Shown: one piece after another, positions 9,921 through 20,589 of the stretch
Position numbering within the stretch: the stretch's first letter is position 1
Layout: each line of letters starts with the position of its first letter
Assembly: GCA_029858205.1 (NCBI GenBank)
Contig: JAOUFM010000003.1
Location: 210,936-274,935 of the forward strand
Source of the DNA: Deltaproteobacteria bacterium
GTDB lineage: Bacteria > Desulfobacterota > GWC2-55-46 > DRQE01
Direction of reading: 5' to 3'
Length of the DNA: 64,000 bases
Notes under the pieces: model-generated
The model's database searches: none
Seen by the model: the letters and a program-made list of their open reading frames with translations, nothing else
Told to the model about the DNA's origin: nothing
Program-made: the position numbers and the translations under genes

Positions 9921-10970
9921 TCATTTCAAGTCTTTAAGACTTATGAATTCGTCGGCACAAACGCAACGCTTAAGTTTTTTTCCATAAAGCTTTTTCAGCA
10001 TGCTTGCCGGTATGCCTATATTCGGCTTTTTAAGAATAAGATCTCCTTCTTCGAGAATTTTCCCTGCCGGAAGATCTGTTCTCGGCACGACACTTCTGCG
10101 AAATATTTCCCGTATCGTCTCAAGTTCTTTTGCCACAGAGTTTTTTTTAACTGGATTTAGCGCGGCTATTTCCAAAAATCTTACTCCCTTTGCCAATTGC
10201 GCCAACTCTTCCATGGTTACGGACGCTATCACGTCGGGGCCAAACATATGCCGCGACATCGTGACATGCACCTCGACAAACCTGGCGCCAAGCGCACAGG
10301 CGGCAAGCCCTGGGTAAATCGTCCCGGAATGGTCCGACAATCCGACCGGGCAACCAAACTGCCGGCTATACCCGGCAAGAACGTTAAGCCCGATTTTTTC
10401 CGGCGGAGTCGGGTACATCGTCGTCGCCTGGAATAAGGAAAAAACAGTTTTTTCCCTTTTTAAAAACGCGACAACTTTTTTTATTTCCCTGTCGGTGCTC
10501 ATGCCGGTAGAGATCAAAACCGGTTTTCGCGTGGCAACTATCCGTTCCAACATTGCCTCATTACCCAATTCTCCGGACCCTATTTTCCACGCGGCAATAC
10601 CTGCCTTTTGCAACAGATTTACGGCCTCTAACGAAAACGGCGAACTGAGAAAATGCAGTCCCTTGCTGCGCGCATACTTTGCCAAACCGCACCATTGCTC
10701 CGGCGTAAACTCCATCCTCTTCCAATAATCATATCTATTTCTGTCCTGCCTGCTAAACTTAACCCTAAACGGTTCATCCAACGTGCTTTCCGCATCGGCG
10801 ATATGGGTTTGGAACTTAATGGCATCCACGCCGGCCTCTGCCACGACATCTACGAATGCATACGCCTGACCGAGGCTCCCGTCGTGCGTTTGCGCGACCT
10901 CGGCAATCAAAAAACACGCCTTGCAGCCTCTTTCGAAATACTTCCCGATATTTTGCATTTTCCGCACCAC
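9921..10970 (-). CDS. neuB: N-acetylneuraminate (nonulosonic acid) synthase, NeuB family
   Basis: NeuB TIM-barrel motifs ('FLIAEVAQTHDGS', 'AGVDAIKFQTH') plus a C-terminal SAF domain. Confidence 0.85.
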   Translation of the reverse strand: MVRKMQNIGKYFERGCKACFLIAEVAQTHDGSLGQAYAFVDVVAEAGVDAIKFQTHIADAESTLDEPFRVKFSRQDRNRYDYWKRMEFTPEQWCGLAKYARSKGLHFLSSPFSLEAVNLLQKAGIAAWKIGSGELGNEAMLERIVATRKPVLISTGMSTDREIKKVVAFLKREKTVFSLFQATTMYPTPPEKIGLNVLAGYSRQFGCPVGLSDHSGTIYPGLAACALGARFVEVHVTMSRHMFGPDVIASVTMEELAQLAKGVRFLEIAALNPVKKNSVAKELETIREIFRRSVVPRTDLPAGKILEEGDLILKKPNIGIPASMLKKLYGKKLKRCVCADEFISLKDLK

Positions 10971-12257
10971 CTATACCACCTTTTGAGGCTGAGTCCAGAC
11001 ATAGGGCAATTTTACGGCACCAAGGCTATGGTATGACCAATTAACATTGGAATACCCCTTTGACGATGGCTCTATAGCGAAATCTAGCGCCGGCCTTATG
11101 CCGTCCTGCAAAGACGGCGCGTACATACTGAGCCAGGTAAAATATCTGCCGGGGCGCAAATAGTTCGGGGATATATCGAGCCCAAACTTGTACATTCCAG
11201 GCGCCATGACAGCCTCCATCACATCTGACAGAACCGCAAACACCTTTGCGTCCATCGAATCAAGTACCCCGAAATGTATTTCCAAAAGATCCAACTGTTG
11301 CCTCACTTCAACATAGATATCTATATGTATCGATTCTTCCTCTTCATACTGTGACCGCGCTTTGCCAATCTTATCCGAGCAAATGGCTTTTACAAAAACC
11401 GCCTTGGCGGTTTTGGGATTTACTTTATGCAAAGGTCTTTCCAAAAGCCTTAAATCATATACGCCATCCTCCCTCGCAGACAGGCCGCAGCCGGAAGGAT
11501 CTTTAACATAATGTTCTATCACTTCATGCGTTACCCCGGACATAGTCACAACGCCTTTAGTAAGCTCTATGCATCTCGTCGTGAGAGATGCTACCGCGCT
11601 CATGTTATGGCTTACAAAAAGGACGGTCCGCCCCCCCTCTGCCACCTCACCCATCTTACCAAGACATTTCTTCTGAAATCCGGCATCACCGACGGCAAGA
11701 ACTTCATCAACTACCAGTATCTCCGGCTCAAGATGCGCAGCAACTGCAAAGGCCAAACGCACATACATGCCGCTCGAATACCGTTTAACAGGCGTATCGA
11801 GAAACTTCTCTATCTCCGAGAACGCCACTATCTCGTCAAACTTGCTTTTTATCTCAGCCCTCGTCATTCCAAGAAGAGCGCCGTTTAAAAGTATATTTTC
11901 CCTTCCGGTAAGTTCCGGATGAAAACCCGTGCCGACCTCGAGAAGGCTCGCAACGCGCCCCTTCATCGTAATACGGCCGGACGTGGGCTCAGTTATCCTC
12001 GAAAGTATTTTCAAGAGCGTACTTTTACCTGCGCCGTTACGGCCTATAATACCTACAACCTCTCCTTCCTTTACGTTGAAGGAAACGTCCTTCAACGCCC
12101 AAACGATATTATCTTCTTCCTTTTTAGGAGCGCCAAAATTCTTGAACGGCGCAGTCAACGTCTGTACTATTTCATCGCGAAGGCTACCGTAAGCCATCCT
12201 TTCGCCGATCCTGTATTGTTTAGATATATTTCTTACTTCTATTATATTCTTAGACAT
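10971..12257 (-). CDS. wzt: Polysaccharide ABC exporter ATP-binding protein Wzt, with a C-terminal extension
   Basis: Walker A 'GIIGRNGAGKSTLL', ABC signature 'YSSGM', Walker B 'ILVVDE'. An extra C-terminal domain of about 170 aa follows the nucleotide-binding domain. Confidence 0.85.
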   Translation of the reverse strand: MSKNIIEVRNISKQYRIGERMAYGSLRDEIVQTLTAPFKNFGAPKKEEDNIVWALKDVSFNVKEGEVVGIIGRNGAGKSTLLKILSRITEPTSGRITMKGRVASLLEVGTGFHPELTGRENILLNGALLGMTRAEIKSKFDEIVAFSEIEKFLDTPVKRYSSGMYVRLAFAVAAHLEPEILVVDEVLAVGDAGFQKKCLGKMGEVAEGGRTVLFVSHNMSAVASLTTRCIELTKGVVTMSGVTHEVIEHYVKDPSGCGLSAREDGVYDLRLLERPLHKVNPKTAKAVFVKAICSDKIGKARSQYEEEESIHIDIYVEVRQQLDLLEIHFGVLDSMDAKVFAVLSDVMEAVMAPGMYKFGLDISPNYLRPGRYFTWLSMYAPSLQDGIRPALDFAIEPSSKGYSNVNWSYHSLGAVKLPYVWTQPQKVV

Positions 12258-12264
12258 ACTCGTA

Positions 12265-13089
12265 TCAGACCACGTCCGAGAAATAACGCTCTACGCGGCG
12301 GAAATAAAAAACACCGCTTACAAAAACCGCAAAACCGCATACGGCAGACACAGCCAGAGATGCCCAAGGAATATCCACATGACCCAGAACAGCAGCCCGG
12401 ATTGCCTCTATGACACCGGACATCGGGTTTAGCATCAATATCATCTTATACTTTTCCGATAAAAGACCTGCCGGATAAATAACCGGGGTCACGAACATCC
12501 ATATCTGCACGAAAAACGGTATTGCATACTGAATATCCCTGTACCTTACGTTTAGCGCCGAAAACCAAAGCCCGAACCCAACAGCATTCATCATGACGAA
12601 AGACATCAATATCGGCACAAGAAAAATTCCCAAACCAGGCTTTACGCCGTAATAAACCATTATCGCGCCAAACACGAGCGCCGAGATAAAGAAATCCAGA
12701 AACACGGACACGGCGGAACTCGCAGGCATGATGATTCGCGGAAAATATATTTTTGTTATAAGATTTTTTTCAGAAACGACACTGCTGGTAGATTGCGTAA
12801 GCACTGCAGCAAAGTACTGCCACGGTAAAAGACCGGCATACACGAAAACCGGGTACGGTACGCCCTCCGATGGCATCCCCGCGAACCTGCCGAAAATTAC
12901 CGAAAAAACGACCATGGTCAGCACCGGCTGCAGCACGGCCCACACTATGCCGATAACAGCCTGCTTATACTTTACCTTTACATCCCTCCACGCAAGAAAA
13001 TACAAAAGCTCCCTGTACTTCCATATCTCGCGAAGGTCGACCGGTATAAACCCTTTTCTGGGTTCTATGACAGTAACATTATCAGCCAT
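12265..13089 (-). CDS. wzm: ABC-2 type polysaccharide exporter permease Wzm
   Basis: About six predicted transmembrane helices, 274 aa; adjacent to and translationally coupled with wzt. Confidence 0.8.
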   Translation of the reverse strand: MADNVTVIEPRKGFIPVDLREIWKYRELLYFLAWRDVKVKYKQAVIGIVWAVLQPVLTMVVFSVIFGRFAGMPSEGVPYPVFVYAGLLPWQYFAAVLTQSTSSVVSEKNLITKIYFPRIIMPASSAVSVFLDFFISALVFGAIMVYYGVKPGLGIFLVPILMSFVMMNAVGFGLWFSALNVRYRDIQYAIPFFVQIWMFVTPVIYPAGLLSEKYKMILMLNPMSGVIEAIRAAVLGHVDIPWASLAVSAVCGFAVFVSGVFYFRRVERYFSDVV

Positions 13090-13092
13090 AAA

Positions 13093-14034
<942 letters not shown>

Positions 14035-15171
14035 TTAACCTACCGTCAATTTACTATCTGTCCAGGCTATGCCTTTTTTGGCGAGTATCTTTCTGCCTTC
14101 ACCCTTTGAATCGACACCTGCGGCCTCAAGGTCATAATCCACCATTATCTTGACCAGATCCTTGAATGTTATCTCAGGGGTCCACCCGAGTTCCTTTTTG
14201 GCCTTTCTTATGTCAGCCTTAAGCACATCGACCTCTGTAGGCCTTAAATAACGGGGATCGAGCTCTATGATTGCGTATCCCGGCTTTAGACCGTCGGCAA
14301 TGCCTTTTTTAAGAGACTTTATTACTCCCTTTTCCTTAATGCCCTTGCCCTTCCATTCGATCTCTATTCCCGCATATTCGAATGCATGGTTCAAAAAGTC
14401 CCTTACCGACCTTGTATCGCCCGTGCCTATTACAAAATCCCCGGGCTTATCGTGCTGAAGGATGCGCCACTGGCATTCGACGTATTCGGGCGCAAACCCC
14501 CAGTCCCTTTTTGCGTCGAGGTTGCCAAGGTAAAGCTTTTTTTGCTTACCCGCGACTATCGCGGCAAGGGCGCGCGTGATTTTGCGCGTAACAAAAGTCT
14601 CGCCCCTTCTTGGAGATTCGTGGTTAAAAAGTATCCCGTTCGAGGCGAACATGCGGTAGCCTTCGCGGTAGTTTACGGTCATCCAGTACGAGTACACCTT
14701 TGCCGCGGCGTAAGGGCTCTGCGGCCGAAATACCGTTTTCTCGCTTTGCGGAGGAAGCGCGCTCCCAAACATTTCACTCGAAGACGCCTGATAAAAACGC
14801 GCAGGCACTCCGCTTCTCCTGACTGCCTCGAGAAGGCGTGTTGTGCCAAGTCCGGTGATGTCGCCTGTGTATTCGGGTATATCGAAACTCACGCGAACGT
14901 GGCTCTGGGCGCCGAGATGATAAATCTCGTTTGGCGCAATATTGTAAACCAGATTAACGAGCTGTCCCGAGTCCGAAAGGTCTCCGTAGTGAAGTAAAAG
15001 TTTTGTCCCCGGCAGGTGACGGTCCTTATATATATGATCTATCCTGTGGGTATTGAAGGTACTGGCGCGCCGTATTATGCCGTGCACCTCGTAGCCCTTG
15101 CTTAAGAGAAGTTCGGCAAGGTAGCTTCCGTCCTGCCCTGTTATTCCCGTTATAAGCGCGCGCTTTCCCAT
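14035..15171 (-). CDS. gmd: GDP-mannose 4,6-dehydratase
   Basis: '[33 protein letters not shown]' is the canonical Gmd N-terminus. Confidence 0.9.
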   Translation of the reverse strand: MGKRALITGITGQDGSYLAELLLSKGYEVHGIIRRASTFNTHRIDHIYKDRHLPGTKLLLHYGDLSDSGQLVNLVYNIAPNEIYHLGAQSHVRVSFDIPEYTGDITGLGTTRLLEAVRRSGVPARFYQASSSEMFGSALPPQSEKTVFRPQSPYAAAKVYSYWMTVNYREGYRMFASNGILFNHESPRRGETFVTRKITRALAAIVAGKQKKLYLGNLDAKRDWGFAPEYVECQWRILQHDKPGDFVIGTGDTRSVRDFLNHAFEYAGIEIEWKGKGIKEKGVIKSLKKGIADGLKPGYAIIELDPRYLRPTEVDVLKADIRKAKKELGWTPEITFKDLVKIMVDYDLEAAGVDSKGEGRKILAKKGIAWTDSKLTVG

Positions 15172-15172
15172 T

Positions 15173-15874
15173 CTATTCTCCCGGATTGTTTTTTATTATA
15201 GTAGGCCTCTCGGCCCAGCGTTTCTTATCGACAAAAACGGTGTTAACGAACGTATCGCCGCAGACGATATATCCATTACGCTCCATCACCTTGAATATTT
15301 CATCGTTCTTCCTGTTCTCGTTATAATAAACGGTCTCTATGCAAAACACCTCGGGTCTGTACTTCTTGAAATCGAAACTCTCGAGTATCTCGACCTCGAG
15401 GCCTTCGACGTCAATGGTTACAAGGTTCGGGCATTTATCGAAATATTTTTCGATTATCCCGTTTATGGGCACGACATTTATCTTCAACACCTTCGGCTCG
15501 CCGCTGCCAATACTCTTGTAACGCTCCATGGTTTCCCTGCTGCAGGTGCTAAGTGTTGTGCCGCCCGGTATAACGTAAAAATCAATGACCCCTGCCTTTG
15601 CCGCAACGCCGACATTAAGATTAACGTCCCTTCTTCTCTTAAAACCGAACTTGGCGAAAAGCTCCGGGTCTGGCTCCACGTTCACGCCCTTGCATCCGTT
15701 CTTGTAAAAATAGTACGTGTTACTGAACTTAACGGGGTCGTGCGCGCCGACATCAAGATAAGTGGGTTTACGTATCTTTAACGCCCTCAAGATGAAATCC
15801 GCAAGCACGTCCTCGCCTGCCTGGGCGTAAGATCTCTTATAATCTCTTTTGAATATATTCCTTATGAATTTCAT
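15173..15874 (-). CDS. FkbM-family methyltransferase
   Basis: '[16 protein letters not shown]' motif. Confidence 0.7.
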   Translation of the reverse strand: MKFIRNIFKRDYKRSYAQAGEDVLADFILRALKIRKPTYLDVGAHDPVKFSNTYYFYKNGCKGVNVEPDPELFAKFGFKRRRDVNLNVGVAAKAGVIDFYVIPGGTTLSTCSRETMERYKSIGSGEPKVLKINVVPINGIIEKYFDKCPNLVTIDVEGLEVEILESFDFKKYRPEVFCIETVYYNENRKNDEIFKVMERNGYIVCGDTFVNTVFVDKKRWAERPTIIKNNPGE

Positions 15875-15891
15875 CTCATTGAACTCCGGCC

Positions 15892-17217
15892 CTACGCCGG
15901 CACCACCTTTTTGCTTTTAAATTTCCTTGCCGCGCCTCTTGCATCCACCACTATCTTGCTGTTAACAGCTATCATCTTATAGTCGTAACACGTATGGTCC
16001 GTGGATATGACGACGCAATCGTATTTCTTTAACGCCGCGGGGGTAAGTTTCACGGACTTAAGTTCGATTGCATGGTGCCGCATCCTCGGCATCTTCGGCA
16101 CATAGGGGTCGTTATAATCCACCTTTGCGCCAAGCCCCTTTAGCATTTCTATGATATGCACGGAAGGAGACTCCCTCATGTCATCCACATCTTTTTTATA
16201 CGCCGCTCCGAGCACAAGGATACGCGAGCCTTTGACGGACTTGCCTTCCTTGTTTAGCGCTGTACCGACCTTCCCAATGACATAAGAAGGCATGGAGGTG
16301 TTTATCTCCCCGGCAAGCTCTATAAAGCGCGTTGCGAACTCGTACTCCTTCGCCTTCCACGTAAGGTAAAACGGGTCTATGGGAATGCAATGCCCGCCAA
16401 GGCCCGGGCCCGGATAAAAGGCCTGGAACCCGAAGGGCTTGGTCTTCGAGGCATCGATGACCTCCCATATGTCAATGCCCATCTTATCGGTAAGCATCTT
16501 AAGCTCGTTTACAAGCGCTATATTGACGCAGCGATATATATTCTCGAGAAGCTTTGTCATCTCTGCCGCGCGCGTGGTAGAGACCTCTACCACCTTATCT
16601 ATAATCTGCGAGTACAACAGACTGCCCGCTGCCAGACAATCCTTTGTAACACCGCCAACCACCTTGGGAATCGTCTTTGTCGAAAAATCCTTTCTCCCCG
16701 GATCTTCCCTTTCGGGCGAGAATACAAGGAAGTAATCTTTGCCGACACGAAGCCCTGTTTTTTCGAATTCCGTAAGAAGTATTTCGTCGGTTGTTCCGGG
16801 ATAAGTAGTGGACTCAAGAGAAACAAGCTGGCCTATTCTAAGGCGCTCCACTATCTCCTTTGTCGTACCGACAACATAGCTCATATCCGGCTCGCGCATC
16901 TTACCCAGCGGCGTAGGCACGCATATGATGACCGCATCCGGCTCCTTAAGCCTGTTCATGTCAGCGGTCGCGGCAAACTTCTTTCCCTTGACATGTTTTG
17001 CGATATCCCCTGCGGCTATGTGCTTTATGTAAGACCTTCCGGCATTGAGCGCCTTTACTTTGGACGAGTCAACATCGAACCCGAGCACCCTGAAGCCTTC
17101 GTCGCAGAACCTGAGTACCAGCGGCAACCCGACATAACCAAGCCCGATAACGCCTATGAGCGCGCTTCGTTTTTCTATTTTTTCAAGCAGTTTTTCTTTT
17201 ACGATATTTTTCGCCAT
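15892..17217 (-). CDS. Nucleotide-sugar dehydrogenase (UDP-GlcNAc/ManNAc 6-dehydrogenase family, WbpA/TviB-like)
   Basis: '[13 protein letters not shown]' Rossmann motif, catalytic 'GGHCIPID', 441 aa. Confidence 0.75.
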   Translation of the reverse strand: MAKNIVKEKLLEKIEKRSALIGVIGLGYVGLPLVLRFCDEGFRVLGFDVDSSKVKALNAGRSYIKHIAAGDIAKHVKGKKFAATADMNRLKEPDAVIICVPTPLGKMREPDMSYVVGTTKEIVERLRIGQLVSLESTTYPGTTDEILLTEFEKTGLRVGKDYFLVFSPEREDPGRKDFSTKTIPKVVGGVTKDCLAAGSLLYSQIIDKVVEVSTTRAAEMTKLLENIYRCVNIALVNELKMLTDKMGIDIWEVIDASKTKPFGFQAFYPGPGLGGHCIPIDPFYLTWKAKEYEFATRFIELAGEINTSMPSYVIGKVGTALNKEGKSVKGSRILVLGAAYKKDVDDMRESPSVHIIEMLKGLGAKVDYNDPYVPKMPRMRHHAIELKSVKLTPAALKKYDCVVISTDHTCYDYKMIAVNSKIVVDARGAARKFKSKKVVPA

Positions 17218-17253
17218 AGCACCTCATTTAAAGCCGTTTCTCAGGATTTTTTC

Positions 17254-17919
17254 TCAAACCTGTCCTTTTTTGCTGATGTCTATGATCCGTGCCTGAACAA
17301 CCCCTGCCTCTATCAATGCCTTCGAAAGTTCCGCGCTTCTATAAAACGAAGTTATTACTATGGCCTCGGCTGCGCCGTCCCTGAGCTTTTCAATACCGAC
17401 AACCGGCATATCGAAAAACTTTTCGGTTCTTTCGATATCCGAAATGCAGACAAGCTCCAACCCGGCCTCCTTTAAAGACAGATACGCTATCTCGGCAACC
17501 TCATCTACGCCGCAGAAAGCGACTCTGCTTATGCCAAGCTCCTTCAACCTTGCAAACAGTTCAGCGAAATCCGTCCTCGCAACCCTGTAGAGGTTGGTAA
17601 AATTCCTCAGATGTTCGTAGGTGAGACGGGTCTTTTCAAGAAAACCATTTGGCGTAAGATAATATTTGTAGCGCTTTGCGGGAATACCGGAGACTGTTAT
17701 GTAACCTTTTGAAATGAGATTCTTTATGTAGGAATTTATGAGTCCCAGCGCAATACCGAGGTTTTTGCTTATTTCACGCTGGGTTAGGTCGCCGTTTCGC
17801 GATATCTCGTCAAGCACGAGAAGCGAACGGTACCCATCCATATGGCCGTTTTTATCCTCGCTGTTCATACTATGAACATACCATTTAATCAGGCATTTTG
17901 TCAAGTAAAACGCGTTCAT
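17254..17919 (-). CDS. Winged-helix transcriptional regulator with a C-terminal Rossmann-like domain. It is the last gene before the glycan cluster and divergent from the novel cassette.
   Basis: 'LDEISRNGDLTQREISKNLGIALGLINSYIKNLISKGYITV' wHTH. The real start is possibly the internal Met at 17868. Confidence 0.45.
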   Translation of the reverse strand: MNAFYLTKCLIKWYVHSMNSEDKNGHMDGYRSLLVLDEISRNGDLTQREISKNLGIALGLINSYIKNLISKGYITVSGIPAKRYKYYLTPNGFLEKTRLTYEHLRNFTNLYRVARTDFAELFARLKELGISRVAFCGVDEVAEIAYLSLKEAGLELVCISDIERTEKFFDMPVVGIEKLRDGAAEAIVITSFYRSAELSKALIEAGVVQARIIDISKKGQV

Positions 17920-18050
17920 GCAATGAACTGGCCGCGCGCAAAAAATTAGTAATTTACATTTGCCGGGGTTTTATTGTATGGTATATTACTTAAAATTCCC
18001 CGTGCTGTTTTATTAAAAAATATTCCAACTTCGCTATCTGAAAAGTAAAT

Positions 18051-18080
18051 TTGGCCATGCCAGTCTTTTTATGCTACAAT
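18051..18080 (+). promoter_or_regulatory. Candidate sigma-70 promoter for the 5-gene cassette: -35 TTGGCC (18051-56), 18-nt spacer, extended -10 TGcTACAAT (18072-80).
   Basis: Read directly from the sequence, about 22 nt upstream of the ATG at 18103; the leader is short with a weak SD. Confidence 0.3.
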
Positions 18081-18102
18081 AAAAGATACGGGTATATCCA
18101 AC

Positions 18103-20238
18103 ATGAATGCCAGAGATTTTGAAAAAGAGATAAAAATCCACATCGAAGCGCGCTACCCCATTTTGTGGCTCGTATCGTTCGAAGAGCGCCGGGTCGAGCG
18201 CATCGTCGAAAACCTCTGCAATACCAACGGGTTCAAGTTCTGGACATGGTCCGTGTCAAAAGGGCTCTACGGTAGCGACAAAAAAAAGAAAGAGCCCGTT
18301 GGCAGGGAAAAAATCCTTACCTCCATTGAGGAAAAGATAGTAAAGAACGAGGAAATCAATAACTTCTTCCTTTTAAAGGACATTGCCGGGTATTTCCAAT
18401 CCCACGAGTTCCTAAGAAAGTTTCGCGACATCCCGGGCACCATCGAGGACTATCGCTCGCTTAACACCGTCTGCATCCTCTCGCCAACACTTAGCGAGAT
18501 TCCGCCGGAGCTCGAAGAAGACATCGTGGTAATCGAGCTTAGCCTGCCCGAGTACGACGAAATCGAGGAGATGGTAAACACGAACTTTTCCAAATACATC
18601 CCCGCGTCGTGGCATTCGTCTACGAGGTCGGTTCTCTACAAATCGCTACAGGGCCTTTCTCTAGATAACATCAAAAGGGTCGTAAGAAAGGCAATCAGCC
18701 TGAATAGAGGCGTGCTGAACGAAGAATGCATCAAGTACATACAGGACGAGAAGCAGCAAATCATAAAAAAGCAGCAGATACTCGATTACTACCCCTACAG
18801 GGAAACTATCGACCACATCGGCGGCCTCGATGAAATAAAAAAATGGTTCGTCGAGAGAGAGCATGTCTTCCGTTTAAGCAAGGGCAAAATCGAAACTCTC
18901 GGCCTTGACGTTCCAAAAGGCCTCATGCTAATTGGCGTTCCGGGCTCCGGGAAAAGCCTCTGCTGCAAGGCCCTTGCCGGCATCTGGAACCTTCCGCTTC
19001 TAAGAATGGACGTAGGCCGTCTCTTTGGCTCGACAGTCGGAGAGTCCGAGAAAAATATTCGTAAGGCCATACAGCTTGCAGAGGCGGTAAGCCCCTGCAT
19101 AATGTGGATCGACGAGATAGACAAGGCATTCGGCGGAATATCCGGTTTCCAGGGGGATTCGGGCACGCAGCTAAGGGTGTTTGGCACCTTCATCACATGG
19201 CTGCAGGAAAAGGACAAACCCGTCTTTGTCATAGCAACTGCCAACGACCCGAAAAACCTTCCTCCCGAGCTATGGAGAAAAGGCCGCTACGACGAAGTGT
19301 TCTTCGTCGATCTTCCAAGCGCCGAGGAAAGAGACGAAATATTCAAGATACACCTCGAAAGAAGAGGACAAAAACCGTCGAACTTCCGCTTAAAGGAACT
19401 CTCGCAGAACTCGCAGGGCTACACGGGCGCCGAGATAGAGCAGGCCATAAAGGACGCGGTCGTTGCCACATTCAACACTCTGCACGAGGGAAAAGAAGCA
19501 AAAGAGGCCGACGCAATAATAGACGGCACCTTAACCCTCTCACTCGACACGGCAACGCTTCTCGAAGCGATACGGCACATAACGCCGCTCTCGGTTCTGA
19601 AAAAAGAGGAGATCGAGGCGCTTCGCGAATGGAGCCAGCAAAGGGCGCGGCCCGCATCGAAGTCTCTCTTCATGCAGCGCGCAGAGATGCTCTCTGACGC
19701 GGAAAAGCGCACTATCGCCATACACGAGGCCGGACATATAATAATGATGTGGCATCACTTCAATGGCACGCCGGTCTTCGTGAGCATAGATAACTACAAG
19801 GACACCTCTGCATTCACCGGCAAGAGCGAAAGCCTCGTAAACACACTTACCAAGCGCGACCTGGAAAAGGAAATCGGCGTGATGCTTGGCGGCATGGTGG
19901 CCGAAGACGAGGTCGGCGGAGCGGACTCGAAAACTGTTGGCGCCTCGCACGACCTTAGCGACGCAACGGCCAAGGCAAGAAGAATGGTCGTGGAATACGG
20001 CTTTGGCGACATAATGAAGAACACGAGCCTTGTAGAGCTCCAGGAATACGCCATGATGTCCGGGAAAGACATTCTCGAGGACATACAGAAGATAATCCAC
20101 GGCGCAAAGGAAGAGACCGAGTCCGTCATTTCGAAGAACAAAGCGCTTCTCGAAAAGCTCGCGGACAAGCTCGTGGCGGAGATACTCGTAAACGGCGAGG
20201 GATTAAGGAATTTCCTTACGCAGCACAATCTGGAATAA
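18103..20238 (+). CDS. Soluble FtsH-like AAA+ ATPase-zinc metalloprotease (Ycf46-like N-domain + AAA + peptidase M41), no transmembrane anchor
   Basis: Walker A 'GVPGSGKS', Walker B 'IMWIDEID', sensor-1 'ATANDP', Arg-finger region 'RKGRYDEV', 'HEAGH' zinc motif and downstream 'GASHDLSDATAKARRMVVEYGFG' (FtsH 'GASNDIERATEIARKMV'). The N-terminal ~240 aa ('ARYPILWLVSFEERRVERIV') are non-membrane. Confidence 0.8.
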   Translation: MNARDFEKEIKIHIEARYPILWLVSFEERRVERIVENLCNTNGFKFWTWSVSKGLYGSDKKKKEPVGREKILTSIEEKIVKNEEINNFFLLKDIAGYFQSHEFLRKFRDIPGTIEDYRSLNTVCILSPTLSEIPPELEEDIVVIELSLPEYDEIEEMVNTNFSKYIPASWHSSTRSVLYKSLQGLSLDNIKRVVRKAISLNRGVLNEECIKYIQDEKQQIIKKQQILDYYPYRETIDHIGGLDEIKKWFVEREHVFRLSKGKIETLGLDVPKGLMLIGVPGSGKSLCCKALAGIWNLPLLRMDVGRLFGSTVGESEKNIRKAIQLAEAVSPCIMWIDEIDKAFGGISGFQGDSGTQLRVFGTFITWLQEKDKPVFVIATANDPKNLPPELWRKGRYDEVFFVDLPSAEERDEIFKIHLERRGQKPSNFRLKELSQNSQGYTGAEIEQAIKDAVVATFNTLHEGKEAKEADAIIDGTLTLSLDTATLLEAIRHITPLSVLKKEEIEALREWSQQRARPASKSLFMQRAEMLSDAEKRTIAIHEAGHIIMMWHHFNGTPVFVSIDNYKDTSAFTGKSESLVNTLTKRDLEKEIGVMLGGMVAEDEVGGADSKTVGASHDLSDATAKARRMVVEYGFGDIMKNTSLVELQEYAMMSGKDILEDIQKIIHGAKEETESVISKNKALLEKLADKLVAEILVNGEGLRNFLTQHNLE

Positions 20239-20248
20239 GGGCCCCGCT

Positions 20249-20587
20249 ATGTCGTTTTTCACAAAGCTCAACACCGAACTCAAAAACAAACAGTACGTGC
20301 TCGCTGCCATAGCCGCCCTTAAGCAGACAGGCGAGATAAAGAACTACGCCATAAACGAAAAGAAGGAAAGCGTCGAAATAAACCGCGCCGGCGACATTAT
20401 ACAGGTAGTAAAAACAAAGACCGGCGAGTACGAACTGCAGGGAGACGCAAGAGTGGTAAGCGCCTTCTCGAGCAGGCTAAAGCAGCTCTACGCGTACGAG
20501 GCAATCAAAGACAACATGCCGCTGGACTTCGAGATAGCCGAAGAGATAGAAACCGCCGGAGAGATCCGCATCGTGCTTAAAGGCTAA
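20249..20587 (+). CDS. Small conserved hypothetical protein (112 aa), possibly DUF1257/Ycf35-like
   Basis: Sits 10 nt after the protease gene. It is charged, Lys/Glu-rich and cysteine-free. The family assignment is from memory only. Confidence 0.4.
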   Translation: MSFFTKLNTELKNKQYVLAAIAALKQTGEIKNYAINEKKESVEINRAGDIIQVVKTKTGEYELQGDARVVSAFSSRLKQLYAYEAIKDNMPLDFEIAEEIETAGEIRIVLKG

Positions 20588-20589
20588 AT

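Noticed and set aside
9921-10970. Assigning the Neu cluster to legionaminic or pseudaminic acid
   Set aside because: No dehydratase or aminotransferase (PseB/PseC, LegB/LegC) or N-acetyltransferase genes are in the locus. A Neu5Ac/KDN-type product is more parsimonious, though this is unverified.
16390-17475. 361-aa plus-strand ORF
   Set aside because: It lies antisense to the well-supported nucleotide-sugar dehydrogenase and regulator genes. It is Arg-rich and low-complexity, typical of a GC-frame shadow ORF.
19104-20228. Several 100-200-aa ORFs on both strands inside the AAA-M41 protease gene (19104-19697 +, 19540-20100 -, 19794-20228 -)
   Set aside because: All overlap a gene with unambiguous AAA and M41 motifs, and their translations are Arg/Ser/Ala-rich without motifs. 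They are frame shadows.
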